DNA of 63,733 nucleotides, the filler included, from Chrysochromulina tobinii (taxonomy: Eukaryota): NCBI GenBank assembly GCA_001275005.1. It is 9 parts of 9 records of this genome, joined end to end, with 100 filler letters (N's around TTAATTAATTAA, not from the genome) between each part and the next. Parts side by side here need not be neighbours in the genome. Positions count along the whole stretch, not along the records: positions 52,201 to 55,553 come from JWZX01000624.1; positions 55,654 to 58,620 come from JWZX01000626.1; positions 58,721 to 63,733 come from JWZX01000627.1; 6 more parts are not named here. One strand, written 5' to 3'. This document shows positions 52,101 to 63,600 of this stretch, in pieces. Position 1 is the first letter of the stretch. Every line of letters begins with the position of its first letter. Made by a program: the position numbers and the translations under genes. The notes below the pieces were generated by a model, which was given only the letters and a program-made list of their open reading frames with translations, was not told where the DNA came from and made no database searches.

Positions 52101-52200
52101 NNNNNNNNNNNNNNNNNNNNNNNNNNNNNNNNNNNNNNNNNNNNTTAATTAATTAANNNNNNNNNNNNNNNNNNNNNNNNNNNNNNNNNNNNNNNNNNNN
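52101..52200. other. Artificial contig spacer
   Basis: N44-TTAATTAATTAA-N44. Confidence 0.98.
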
Positions 52201-52489
52201 GGAGGTGGTGACGGTGGCGGTGAGGGCGGCGGCGGTGATGGTGGCGGCGGTAAGGGAGGTTGTGAAGGCGGTGGCGGCGACGGCGACGGCGGCTGCGGCG
52301 ACGGCGGCTGTGGCGACGGAGATGGTGGTGCACTGGGCGGCTGACAGAATGACTGACGCGCCACCGCCTGGCACGTGCTCAGGCCGCTCTGCAGGCGGCG
52401 GAGGTTGGGATGCAGCTCGCGTGCAGGCGACGATGCTGCGGAGGAAGATGCAGGAGTAGGCAAATGGAACACGCCGACGGTCGCTTGCC

Positions 52490-55400
52490 TTATGCGAGCG
52501 CCGGCTGCCCAAAAAGCTGCTTGAGTCGTGAGCGGAGCTCCTCGTCCTTGATGCTCGCAAAATCCTCTGGATGCTCCACGAGGTAGCTGCTCACGTCGCG
52601 CAGCCGGCCGCCAAGGATCTGCATGTCAACTTCGGTGTCGAGCGGCACCTCCGTGTCCATGCGCCGGCCGTTGCTTGGGCCGTTGCTTGGGCCGCACGCG
52701 ATCTCGCACTGTTGGGTGATGGAGTTGGAGTAGGTGCCAGGGCCGCATGTCATGGTCGGGCCACATGTCATGGGTGGTGGCGCAGGTGGAGGCGAGGGCG
52801 GCGGCGGCGAGGGCGAGGGCGGCGGCGGTGAGGGCGAGGGCGGCGGCGGCGAGGGTGGTGGCGGCGAGGCCCCGCACCACGTGCGCATCATCGAGATGAG
52901 CGGCGCTGGCGTGCTCGGCAGGCCGCCGCCGAGCCGCACGCCATCCAGCTGCGCCGGGCTGAGGGCGACGTCCCACACCAGCAGGTCCTTCATCTGGCCC
53001 GTGAACGTTGCCTCACCGGCCCAGTTGCTCTTGCCCACGTACAGGTTGGAGCGACTCACCGGCAGCGGGAAGCGCATCGACGACGTCGTCGCAACGCTCG
53101 CACCGTTCCAGTAGATCTGGGCGGGCCCGTAGGTGTCGGTGAGGCTCGCACGCGACTGCACGACCGCGACGTGAGTCCACACGTTTGCGGGGAATGATGG
53201 CGCCGAGCTTGCAGAGAGTGAGGAATCAGAACTCCCATGAGTCACATAGTACTGCATTTGGGAATAGAAATGCAGTACAATGCTGTCTGCAGCTTGACCG
53301 TTGCCGAAATCGATGACGCGTTCCCCTGTATCGCCAATCCGCGTGCGGTAGACCCACGCGCAGATCGTAAAGCCAAGCCCCCCGCCCACGATTCCGGTGC
53401 GCGACGTAGCCGTCAAGTAGGAGGTCGCCGCCCCGGTGAAGGTGTATGCGCCGTCGACGGCGCACAGCGGCGGAGGTGGCGAGGGCGGCGAGGGCGGCGG
53501 CGGAGGCAAGCGCGGCGGCGACGGGGGTGGCGAGTGCAGATCCAGGAACACAACCGTCAGCGATAGAGAACGACACCCCGGCACGTAAGCGTACGAGCCA
53601 CTTATGGCGACAAAATGAGCCTGTGAGCACAACACGTGAGCGCGAGCGAGCTTCAGCAGTCGGCGGCGCCGCAGGAGAAAGCATGATAGACGCAATCATG
53701 GCGCCCGAGGCCAACCGCGCGCCGCGGCTCTGGGTTATACGCACCCCATCCAGAAGGGACGATGAGACCACGCTGCCCCGGATGGCTGGAGACGCAGGAT
53801 TGCTCACGTCGACCACCACCAGCGCGTTGGAATTCGCCGCCGCCACGTATGCATACACGCCGCTCACGGCAACACCAACCGCATCTATCAGAAGGGACGA
53901 CGAGACCACGCTGCCCCGGATGACTGGAGATGTAGGGTTGCTCACGTCGACCACCACCAGCGAGCGGGAATTTTGGCCCGCCACGTAAGCGAACGAGCCG
54001 CTCACCGCGACGTCACGAGCCCCATCGAGAAGGGACGATGAGACCACGCTGCCCCGGATGACTGGATACGCAGGGTTGCTCACCTCGACCACCACCAGCG
54101 CGTCGGAATTGAACGCCGCCACGTAAGCATACACGCCGCTCACGGCGACGGAAATTGCCCCATCCAGAACGGACGACGAGACCACGCTGCCCCGGATGAC
54201 TGGAGACGCAGGGTTGCTCACGTCGACCACCGCCAGCGAGTCGGAATCAACCGCCGCCACGTAAGTGAACGAGCCGCTCACGGCGACGCCATATGCGTGA
54301 TCCAGAAGGGACGATGAGACCACCCTGCCTCGGATGACTGGAGACGCAGGATTGCTCACGTCGACCACCACCAGCGCGTCGGACTCAGCCGCCGCCACGT
54401 ATGCGTACGCGCCGCTCACGGCGACGTTACGAGGCCCATCCAGAAGGGACGATGAGACCACGCTGCCCCGGATGACTGGAGACGCAGGATTGCTCACGTC
54501 GATCACCACCAGCGCGTCGGAATTCGCCGCCGCCACGTAAGCGTACGAGCCGCTCAAGGCGACGGATATAGCGTAAGCCAAAAGGGTAGCTGAGGCGACG
54601 CTGCCCACGATCGACCCGGAGCCCACGATGGTTGTGGAGTGCGCGAGCTGTCGCCCATCATTCTGGCTGCCCGGTAGGGCTCGGGCGTAACGGCCGGGGG
54701 CGAGGACAATGCGGGGGAAGGATGTGGCGCCGAGTGCATTGATCAGGCCGGGAACGTTGCTCACTACTGTCGTTGGCGGTGACGGCAACGGCGACGGCGG
54801 TGACGGCAGCGACGGGGGCGCGGGCGGCGCGTCGAAGTACACCTCGAGCACCGGCTGCTGCGCAACGTTAGCCCAGGCTGCGGTGCGGATGCCGCACCCG
54901 TTGCCAAAGTACGGTACGAAGATCCAGCCGTGATTGGGCGTGCCCGTGAGCCACCTGTTGATGCTCGGCGTCACGTCTACGGTGTGCGTGGCCACGTTGC
55001 CAGCCAGGTCGTTGACAGTCGGGCCCCAGTACGTGTCGATGACCGCCGCAGAAAAGGGCCAAGGGGGCGTCGGCATCGGCAGGTTGTCGTACGTCACGTT
55101 GCTCGCAGTCCAGCCGCGGCAGAACTCATGCATCTCCGCCTGGTCGCCACCGTCATACACGGTGTAGCGGAAGAGCGCGCGGGAGATGGGAGCCATGGCC
55201 GAGAGCGCGCTCAGGTCGAACTTCATCAGCACGAAGTCGACATCAGTCCTGCGGGCAGCAGGTGGTTAAGGAGGAGAGGCACACACACGTGTGAGCACAG
55301 GAACGGTTCGAAATAGGACGAGGCCGTTGGGAGCAGCAGCAGTTGTAGCTGAGCCGACCACGTGTCGAGAGGGTTCGGTGCACTGCTGGCCGCGCACGCT

Positions 55401-55553
55401 GAATTTCCGTCCCAGAAGACCTCGGCGGCGGTGGCGTAGTTGGTGGTCGGAGCAGTCATGCGCAGCCACGCGTGCTGGGCGTTGCGGATCTGCATCACCG
55501 TGAACGGGGCGCGGGGCGGCGAGGGGGGCGGCGGCCGCCGCGCGGGCGGCGGC
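52490..55553 (-). CDS. 5'-partial extracellular mosaic protein: DNRLRE/CBM96-like domain, 7 LVIVD repeats, LamG/ConA-like domain and SP-rich linkers; introns 55249-55397 and 53621-53744
   Basis: VLMKFDLS...DVTPSINRWL.G.PNHGW. 46-aa units VAVSG.YAYVA...LVVVDVSNPASP. FTICAWV...RVIDFG...WTHVAVV...LYVGKSNW...FTGQMKDLLVWDVALS. Both introns restore frame. Confidence 0.85.
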
Positions 55554-55653
55554 NNNNNNNNNNNNNNNNNNNNNNNNNNNNNNNNNNNNNNNNNNNNTTA
55601 ATTAATTAANNNNNNNNNNNNNNNNNNNNNNNNNNNNNNNNNNNNNNNNNNNN
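55554..55653. other. Artificial contig spacer
   Basis: N44-TTAATTAATTAA-N44. Confidence 0.98.
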
Positions 55654-56707
55654 GAGGGGGGCGCGGGCGGGGGACGAGGCGGCGAGGGCGGCGCGGGCGG
55701 GGGACGAGGCGGGGCGGGCGGCGTGAGCGGCGGCGGCGGCGGATAATGCGTGTGAGGGGTATGCGTGTGGGGGGTATGCGTGTGCGGGGTATGCGTGTGG
55801 GGGTATGCGTATGACCAATGAAGAGTCTTCTCCGGTGCTCTCCTGGGACGTGCTTGTGAGCAGCCCGCTCAATGAGTGAAGGGGCGGCATCCTGGCTGAT
55901 GGTTGGGTCGCTTAGGATACCGCTCTTGGCCGAGGCGAGCAGCGTTGTAAAGTCGAGGAACGGGGAGAACACGGCGGTCGTTCCTACCCCTGAGGTAGAC
56001 AGCTCAACCTGGACTCCGTTGGTGCCGCCAGTGGGCAACACGATCCAGCCATGGTTTGCACGGCTACCCGCGAGCCACGCGGCAACCGACGAGGTCACGT
56101 CAATCCTCTGCCAGCCAGTGACGACACCTGGGAAGGCACCCGGCAATCCGACGCCGCCGACGTTGGTGGCGCTCCACGATGACGATGCGAATGGGAGGTT
56201 GATCCACGTGACTGTGGACTGTCGAAAGCAGGGAGGGGCAGAGAGGGACGCGTCGGTGGGAAGGGGTCTCAGCCAGGGTGCCGCACGCCGTTGTCATGGG
56301 AGAGTGCGCATCTTCGCGGGCGGCGAGCACACCTCATTCCATGGAACGACGAGCTCGCGGAGCGAGGCGTTGTCGCCCGCGTTGGTCACATAGTAGTTGA
56401 GCCAGGCGGGTTTGGTCGGCTCGAGCGTGGCACCGACGAAAGAGCTCAAGTCGAACTTGATCAGGAGGGCGGACGTATCAGAAGTGACGCCTGAGATGGC
56501 CCCTGTGGTGGCCGAGATCGTCAATGGGCCGTCCCACCACCCGGAAGTTTGGGCGTTGAAGTTGGTCGTAGCGTAGTTGATGATAGGAGCCGTAGTGGAA
56601 CTGCCGGCCCTGATGTACGTATCAGAGGTGACGCTCGGGCCTCGGACGATCACGCCCGTGACCGAGGCGACCAACGCGAGGAAGAGCGTGGCTTTCAGCG
56701 ACCTCAT
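55654..56707 (-). CDS. 3'-partial secreted protein: signal peptide, DNRLRE/CBM96-like domain, His-Thr repeat and Pro-rich stretch; intron 56219-56332; probable 1-nt frameshift at ~55800
   Basis: MRSLKATLFLALVASVTG, then SDTYIR, ALLIKFDLS, WNE|STVTW and IDVTSSVAAWLAG..ANHGW. A 15-nt repeat reads (HTHTP)n if one C is restored. Confidence 0.8.
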
Positions 56708-57114
56708 ATATTCGCGAGCAATCGATAAGCGTTCTTCTTCGCGGCGCAGACGCAGCCAGAAGAGAAGAACTTAGACGGCGTCGCCGACGGTTTCACAACG
56801 TCTCCTCAGTTTCGTCAGTGATCCAAAAACGTCGCGGTCCCCCAACGCAAACACCTAACCTACTCACAGAGGACGGCTCCGCACCCCTCGGTCAACACAA
56901 GCCTCAAGGTCACAGATTCAGATCACACCAGACGCGCGTTCCGTTCCACACACAGCTTCCCTCGCTTCGTCACCGCCCCAGCCGCAACGCCAAGCGCGAA
57001 CGCCACCACCGCACCGCTGGTGCCGAGGAGCTCACCGGCGCGGGACGCCCCTGGACTTACCACCAGCACTCGCCAGGCCCGTGCGCGTGACGTTAAGGAC
57101 ATGTTAAATGACGG

Positions 57115-57228
57115 CAATGACGTGAATGACGTCGGCTGTGAACTCGAGAGCTGTGAACTCGAGAGCTGTGAACTCGAGAGCTGTGAACTCGATAGCTGTG
57201 AATGACGTCGGCTGTGAACTCGAGAGCG
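57115..57228. repeat. 15-nt tandem repeat (CTGTGAACTCGAGAG) with a flanking duplication
   Basis: About four consecutive units. tgaatgacgtcggctgtgaactcgagagc occurs twice. Confidence 0.9.
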
Positions 57229-57614
57229 CTCCACCCGCGAATGTGCCCTTCGCCTCGCCCTCGGGCGGCTGCGCCGGCAGCGCGTTAGCAGATCGCATGG
57301 GATTGCCTCTGATTGCCTCTGATTGCCTATGTTTGCCTCTATCAAAACTTTGCAGGTGCTGCGCCAACCTGTCAAAAGGTAGGCATCATCCTTCGCGGGC
57401 GAGCGGCTCGCGGACCGACCGCGCGCGGAGGAGCCTCCGGCGCGCTGCGACACCGGGCCAACACTCGTCCCCTGCCCCTCGGCCACGGTGGTCACACCTC
57501 CCCGGTCAGCCACGGTGTTCACACCTCCCTGGTCTGCCCCACGGTGTTCCCTCTTTGTTCGCGCCCCCCCCCTGACGGTCACGTACGGCGGGGCTGGGCG
57601 GCGGCACGAATGCC

Positions 57615-58620
57615 TCAGAGCACGCCCAGCTCCGTCAGCAGGTAATCAACTTGCTGTGCGAGCGTGCCTTGGCCCTCGATGCCCATGGCCACATTCGCCT
57701 CGGCGACTGCCTTCGCCAACGGCAGCGAAGGGTCGAGTGAGAGTTCCTCCTTGATGCGCGCCACCTTTTGCGCCATCGTGAAGCGTATGGAGAAAGCGGC
57801 CGGGGAGCCAAGCGGCGCCGCGGCGGAAGTGGGCGCGGCGCTCGATGGTGCTGCTGTGGAGGCGGAGGAGGCGACGGACGGGGCCGCCGCCACCGCACCA
57901 CCGACAGGGGACTTAGCGACACCGGCGGTGCTGCTGCTGATGATGATGTCCGTGTCCGACGCACCCCCGGCGGGCGACGAGGCGTGCCGTGTGGTGGTCT
58001 GCTGGCTGGTCGCCTGATGCACGTTCACGCCCACGGGCTGACTCGTCGACGGCAGGTGCGCCGCCGTCGACCCGATGGTAGAGGCGTCCACGACGGCGCG
58101 GTGCTTGCTCGTGAGCGGGCTGCGATCCGCGCCGTCGTGGGCACATCTGGCCGACTCCGTTGCATGCTCGAGAGCGCCGCGCGCGGAGGAGCGCTGCGAC
58201 CCTAGGCTGCGCTGCGACTTGTTGCCAGCGTTCACGTTGGACATCGACGCGCGTGCGAGGCTGGCGGTCAGACCGATCGATGTCTTGTTCGCAGTGGCGG
58301 TGGAGGCCTCTGCCTTGCCGTCGAAAATGCGGTTGAAGGGGCTCCCCACGCTCTTCTCGGCCTTGCCATCAAAGGTGCTCTCAAAGGCCGAGCCGACAAA
58401 GGCCTTGCCATCAAAGGTGCTCTCAAAGGCTGAGCCGACAAAGGCCGCGGCACGGGTCGAGGGCTCGCCACGCGATGAGGAGGCGCCAGCCGGAGCGAGC
58501 TTCGAAAGGTTCCGGAATTTGGCCTTGGACGCGTTGTGAGCGGGGCTGGAGCGGGGCGAGGGAGCTTCATCGCCGCCACGCGCCGAGGGCGTGGCCACGG
58601 TGGCGTCGTAGGTGCCCTTG
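57615..58620 (-). CDS. 5'-partial low-complexity protein with a small C-terminal helical domain
   Basis: The frame is open to the contig edge. 42-nt repeats encode AFVGSAFESTFDGK. The C-terminus reads TMAQKVARIKEELSLD...AVAEANVAMGI...GTLAQQVDYLL. Confidence 0.6.
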
Positions 58621-58720
58621 NNNNNNNNNNNNNNNNNNNNNNNNNNNNNNNNNNNNNNNNNNNNTTAATTAATTAANNNNNNNNNNNNNNNNNNNNNNNN
58701 NNNNNNNNNNNNNNNNNNNN
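58621..58720. other. Artificial contig spacer
   Basis: N44-TTAATTAATTAA-N44. Confidence 0.98.
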
Positions 58721-59166
58721 TGGAGCTCTTTGCACGCGGCTCGGATACGGCTCGGGTGGCCCAATTGTTGCCACGATCCGCTGAGATTCAGCCTTGGTTC
58801 TGACGATTTGTCGCCACAGCGCGGCAACCCCACTCGTCGGACGCCCAACGCTTGTCTCTTATCTCTTCTCTCTCTCGCGTCTCGCGCTCCTGCCGCGCGC
58901 CCCTCCCCTCTGGGGTGGTGCCGCGCGCACGGAGCGCACGTGGCCCCGTGTGCATTCTACTGCTCCTGCCGCTGCTTCTTCTGTGCTGCTCTTGTTGCCG
59001 CTGCATCTCCTTGCCTGCCTCACGAGCAGCGCTGAGGTGTTGAAGACGGGGCAGTAGACAAGATCGACGGGGCGGCCTTCATCAACTATCACCATTGCAA
59101 CACCATGTTTCACCCCAATCACCAACCACCCTTTGTCGCCTTGTCCGTTTGTCGACTCATTACAAT

Positions 59167-60090
59167 TCATATCAGACGGAAATTCAAGCAAATTAAATCA
59201 GTCCACTTCCCATAGCCCCACGTCCCTCTTTGATTTGGAGGGTGCGCCGCAACGAAACCCTCTAGACTCAATGCGGTAGGATGTGCTCCTGGTCCAATGT
59301 CGAAGCACTGATATTGTAGCTCTCGGTGCAGCATGTAGAGCAGGTCCAGTGGATTGACACCAGCTGCCAACAGACCCTTTGGATAGAACTCGAGCAGTAG
59401 AACATAGACTGGGTGAGTCTTGATAAACCGTAAGGCGCCCTGCAACACATGGTACTCGTGACCTTGTGAGTCAATCTTTAGCAAGAATATGCCTTGCTCA
59501 TCGTAAAACTCGAGCACGTCGTCCACGGTCAAGAGGTGGACAGTAGTCTGAACTGCCTTGGTTCTGGGCGGAAGGGCCTTGCGTCCGCCCAGACTGTTCG
59601 AGATACCTCCACCACGAGTGTCCTCCATGAATAAAGCCGTGCCTGAGCGGTTAGACACTGCCACATTGAAAGCAGCCACGTGACCCGATGCTTTTCTGCT
59701 GGTTTTGTTCCGGAGTTGCATGTGTTGCTGCATTTCAAAGAGACCACTTTTGCTAAACGAGACGGACTGCTTGCGCAAGTTGTAAAGCAGCTTTTCAAAA
59801 GTGCTGGATGTTGGCTCGAAAGCATACACTGTGTGCCCGAGACGTGCAGCTGGAATGGTGAGGTCCAACCCAGCATTCGATCCAATGTCAAGGATCGGCA
59901 GATGGCGAAAGCGTGATGCAAGTGGTGTTTTTAGTATCGCTGGCACATGCCCATTTCGAAAAGAGGACATGCCCAGTGACGTGAGAGCGCTTGAAATGAA
60001 GTAGTTCCTCGTGCCCAACTCATCTTTCTCGCGCCCATAATCGGCGGCGGCAGAAAGGCCCGCGGCCAAATGCAGGAGACAGATCAGCAT
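59167..60090 (-). CDS. FkbM-family SAM-dependent methyltransferase with a signal peptide
   Basis: ILDIGSNAG, VYAFEP, NVAVSN, LLKIDSQGHEYHVLQGA and LLLEF. Confidence 0.9.
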   Translation of the reverse strand: MLICLLHLAAGLSAAADYGREKDELGTRNYFISSALTSLGMSSFRNGHVPAILKTPLASRFRHLPILDIGSNAGLDLTIPAARLGHTVYAFEPTSSTFEKLLYNLRKQSVSFSKSGLFEMQQHMQLRNKTSRKASGHVAAFNVAVSNRSGTALFMEDTRGGGISNSLGGRKALPPRTKAVQTTVHLLTVDDVLEFYDEQGIFLLKIDSQGHEYHVLQGALRFIKTHPVYVLLLEFYPKGLLAAGVNPLDLLYMLHRELQYQCFDIGPGAHPTALSLEGFVAAHPPNQRGTWGYGKWTDLICLNFRLI

Positions 60091-60618
60091 CTTCAAGCGC
60101 GGGACGCAGCCACCACACTGGCCACCAGCACAAGCTCCAGGAGTTGACTCGTGTTAAAGGCCCACGTCACGCCCTTGCAAACGACCCGAAAAAAGGCTCT
60201 TTTGCACACGCCTCTCCGCTGCGCGCCCTCGCGCCAGGCCGGGCCATGGAGGGCCAGGCGGGCACCGCGAGCGCGCCGGCGCCGCCCCGACGGTCCACTC
60301 GCTGCCACTGCGTGATGAGAAGCGGCTTCTCGCTGTCGTACGAGGACGAGGGTGGTGGCGCAGGCTGGTGCCACGGTTGACGCTATCCTGAAGGCATCTG
60401 CGCGGCTTGCCGCGCACGGAGCATCCGCCGCAGCCAGCTGGTAAGCTGGGGTGCCGCATCATCGGAGCAGTGGGCTCAACGCGTCGGCGATCAGCTCGTC
60501 GCAGAACCAGATGTGGCTGCAGCCCCGCCCGTAGCGCACGACGCGCAGGACAGCAGATGGCTCCAGGACAGCGCAGATAGCGTCGCATGGGCGGCTCACG
60601 GCATGCCGGAGTCGCCTC

Positions 60619-63600
60619 ATGAGATATCCCGACCGGGCTGATGATCGAAGAGACGACTACTCAGGCGAGTGGGTCGCTGACTCGACCTTTGTCGTCACGC
60701 TTATCTCCGTCGGCCAGGCGGCCCCGGCGCTCGGCACGGCGCGTGTAACCGTCGGTGGCGCCATCCGAGACCGTGATCACACGCGCCCGTCCGCCGCTGG
60801 GCAGAGCGCCATGCTGAGCGGCAACTATGGCCTCGACTCGCCGCCCGCACTCGTCTCGTTCGTCGCCGACGACCCCTTCGACCTCGATGCCGTCTACGGC
60901 GCGGGCGACACGCTCACGCTCACGCTCAACATGGCCACGAACCGAGGCGCCCTTTTGACGAACCTCACGTCCGTCGACGGCAGCTCGCACGAGGCGGCAC
61001 CCGAGTCGGGCATGGCGCTCGTCGATCGGCTCTTTGATATCAGCACGCCCCTCGGAAGCAACTACACGGGGCACTGGCTCGATGACTCGACGTTCCGCAT
61101 CGTGATCATCGAGCCGCCCGACCTCGCCGACGCCCCCGCCGTCGGGATCACGATGGCGAGTCTGAAGAATCAGAGTAACATCCGCAATCGCGCCGGCACC
61201 ACCCTCCCGAGCACCGGCATCCCCGTCGAGCTCACCGGAGATTTCGGTGCCGTCGCGCCGCGACTCGTCTCGTTCAAAGCGCGCCCGGCGAGTGCGACGA
61301 GCACCGCCTACACGTCGGGCACCACCTTCGAGGTGCTCTTCGATAAGTTCACCGACCGCGGCGGCGTGAGCGGCGGCAAGCTCTACGTCGACTCCCTCTT
61401 CTCCTTCTCCCATCCGATTGGCAGCTCGTACAGCGGCAGCTGGCTCGATGCCTCCACTTTCGAGGTGACCGTGGTCGCCTCGGGGGGCGCCCTCTGCTCA
61501 GAGACGTGTGCCCATGCCTCCGACGGCACGTGTGACGATGGCGGCCTCGGCGCCGAGTTCACGCGCTGCCCGTACGGCTCCGACTGCACGGACTGCGGCC
61601 CGCGCCAAGCGGCGCGACCGTCCCTCGACAGCACGATGCTCGTCTCGATCGCGGGCTCGGTCCGCAACCCGGCGCGTACCTCACGCTCGGCAACGTCTAC
61701 CTTTCGAGTCACGACCGACGCGTCGTCGCCGACGGGCTATTCGTCGCCCCCTATCGTTGTTGAAGCGCTCGCAATCGACCCGATCGACAATGACACCATC
61801 CTGGGCGCGGGCGACCGCCTGCGCATCACCTTCGACCGCGAAACCAACGGCTACGCCGGGCTGCCCGCCATTGGCGCCATTGGCCCTCTGCTGCCCAACC
61901 GCACGTATGTGGACGCTGTGCTCGCGTTTAGAGACGTGCGGGGAGCGCCGTGGCAGGCACCACCAGACGCGCACTACGAGGGCGAGTGGACCGATACGTC
62001 GACGCTGCTGATCACCTTTGGCGAGGGGCTTGGCAATTTCTCCGACACGACTGCGCTAGCGGCCCTCTCCATCCGGCCCGATGCGGACTTGCGCACCCGT
62101 GCCCTCGTGTCGCCTGCCACCACGTCCAGCGTGGCCATCACGGGTGACTTTGGCTCCTTTGCACCGCCGCGCGTCGCACGCTTCATGGCGCGCGACGATC
62201 GGTCCGCCGGCTTCGACTACAACCCGGGCGATGAGCTCGTCATCACGTTTGACCGAGCGACCATCCGCGCGGCGCCGTACCTCGTGTCCGAGGGTGGGCG
62301 TGAGCTTGTGGATCAGTTGCTCGCCTTCTCAGAGGTCGCCCAGGAGCACGCGGCGTGGGTGCTCTCGGGTCTCGCCGCCGCCCTCGGCACCAATGCCAAG
62401 CTGCAGCTCGCGCTCGCGCCGGAGCTTGTGCGCTCGCGCAACCCGCCGAAGATAGAGCCGCTGTTGCGCGTGCAGCCAGCCTCGGCCGCCGCATATGGGA
62501 ACGTGGTCTCCTTTGGCCATCGGAGTGAGTATGCGATCCAAAACCACTCGAGCGCCGAGCGCCGGCCGCTCCAGGAGCCCCCGACGCTAGCCCTCGTGCT
62601 GCACGGGGATCGCTGGGCGGCCTCCATCGGCACCGACTCGGATGCGACACGTGCGCTGCTCGCGGGCATCGTACCGGTGCAGGCGGAGCTTCACGGCTGG
62701 CTCCAGGTGGTGTCCCCGGCGCTCACCCACGACCACGTGTACCGCGATTCGGACAGTGTCTTGCGCATCGTCGTGCCGCGACTGCCTGAGTACAACATCT
62801 CGGTCCCTGAGACGCTGCGCATCGTGGTGCCCAATATCTCTGTGAGCTCGAACCAGAACCTGCCCGTGCCCTACGATGTGACCATCTTCCCGACGCCGGG
62901 CACCTTTTTTCTCGGGGGCGCCATGGTTGAGTCGGGCTCGGAGGTGGACGTGCGTGAGCGCGAGCTCAACCGCACGACCTCGGTGCATCTCGTCGAGGAC
63001 GAGTGGGACGACGCGATCCGAGTGGGGCGCGTGGCCTACGCGTTCGTCCGAGCAGAGGAGGCACCCGTGCCGTCGATCATCGACGCGCTGATCGCCAGCC
63101 TCGCCACCGCTCGGCCGCACCAGTCGGGCGGCTTCGACGAGCAGCTTGCCCTCAACCGCACTCAGATCCGGGTGCGCGTGCCCACGACGACGCAACTCGA
63201 CCTCGAGCTGCCCCTCTTGCCAAAGTACGATATCGTGCGCCCGGAGACGATCTCTCTCAAGGTGCCCGTCGCCGCCGTCAAGACTCGCGGCGCCCCCACG
63301 CTGACGAAACCCTGGATCATCCGGCCGTCCGTGGGCGTGCTGAGCGTGCGCACGCGGCCCAACGGTTCGCTGCTGGTCGCCGTGCGGGATACCATCCTGC
63401 AGACGAATGGGACCACCTTCGTCTTCCAGATCGCCTCCGACGGGTTCGCCGAGGAGGTGGGGCAAGATACTGCGGAGAGCGTGGCGCTCATCGACGGCGT
63501 GCTCTCGAAGCAGAATGAGGCAAGAGGCTGGAACGCCATCATCCGCCCGACCCTCGACTACCGCTCACTGGCACGCTCGGCCGACGGCACGCGGGTCGAG

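Noticed and set aside
52201..52472. Ser/Pro-rich minus-strand fragment at the contig edge
   Set aside because: Possibly part of another secreted protein, but too short and low-complexity to define a gene.
53745..54580. Regularly spaced near-identical repeats resembling a CRISPR array
   Set aside because: 138-nt in-frame coding repeats (LVIVD) without unique spacers, and no cas genes.
13183..58720. Recurrent TTAATTAATTAA motif flanked by N runs (8 times)
   Set aside because: Identical 100-nt artificial contig linkers, not biological. ORFs running into X...LIN are artefacts.
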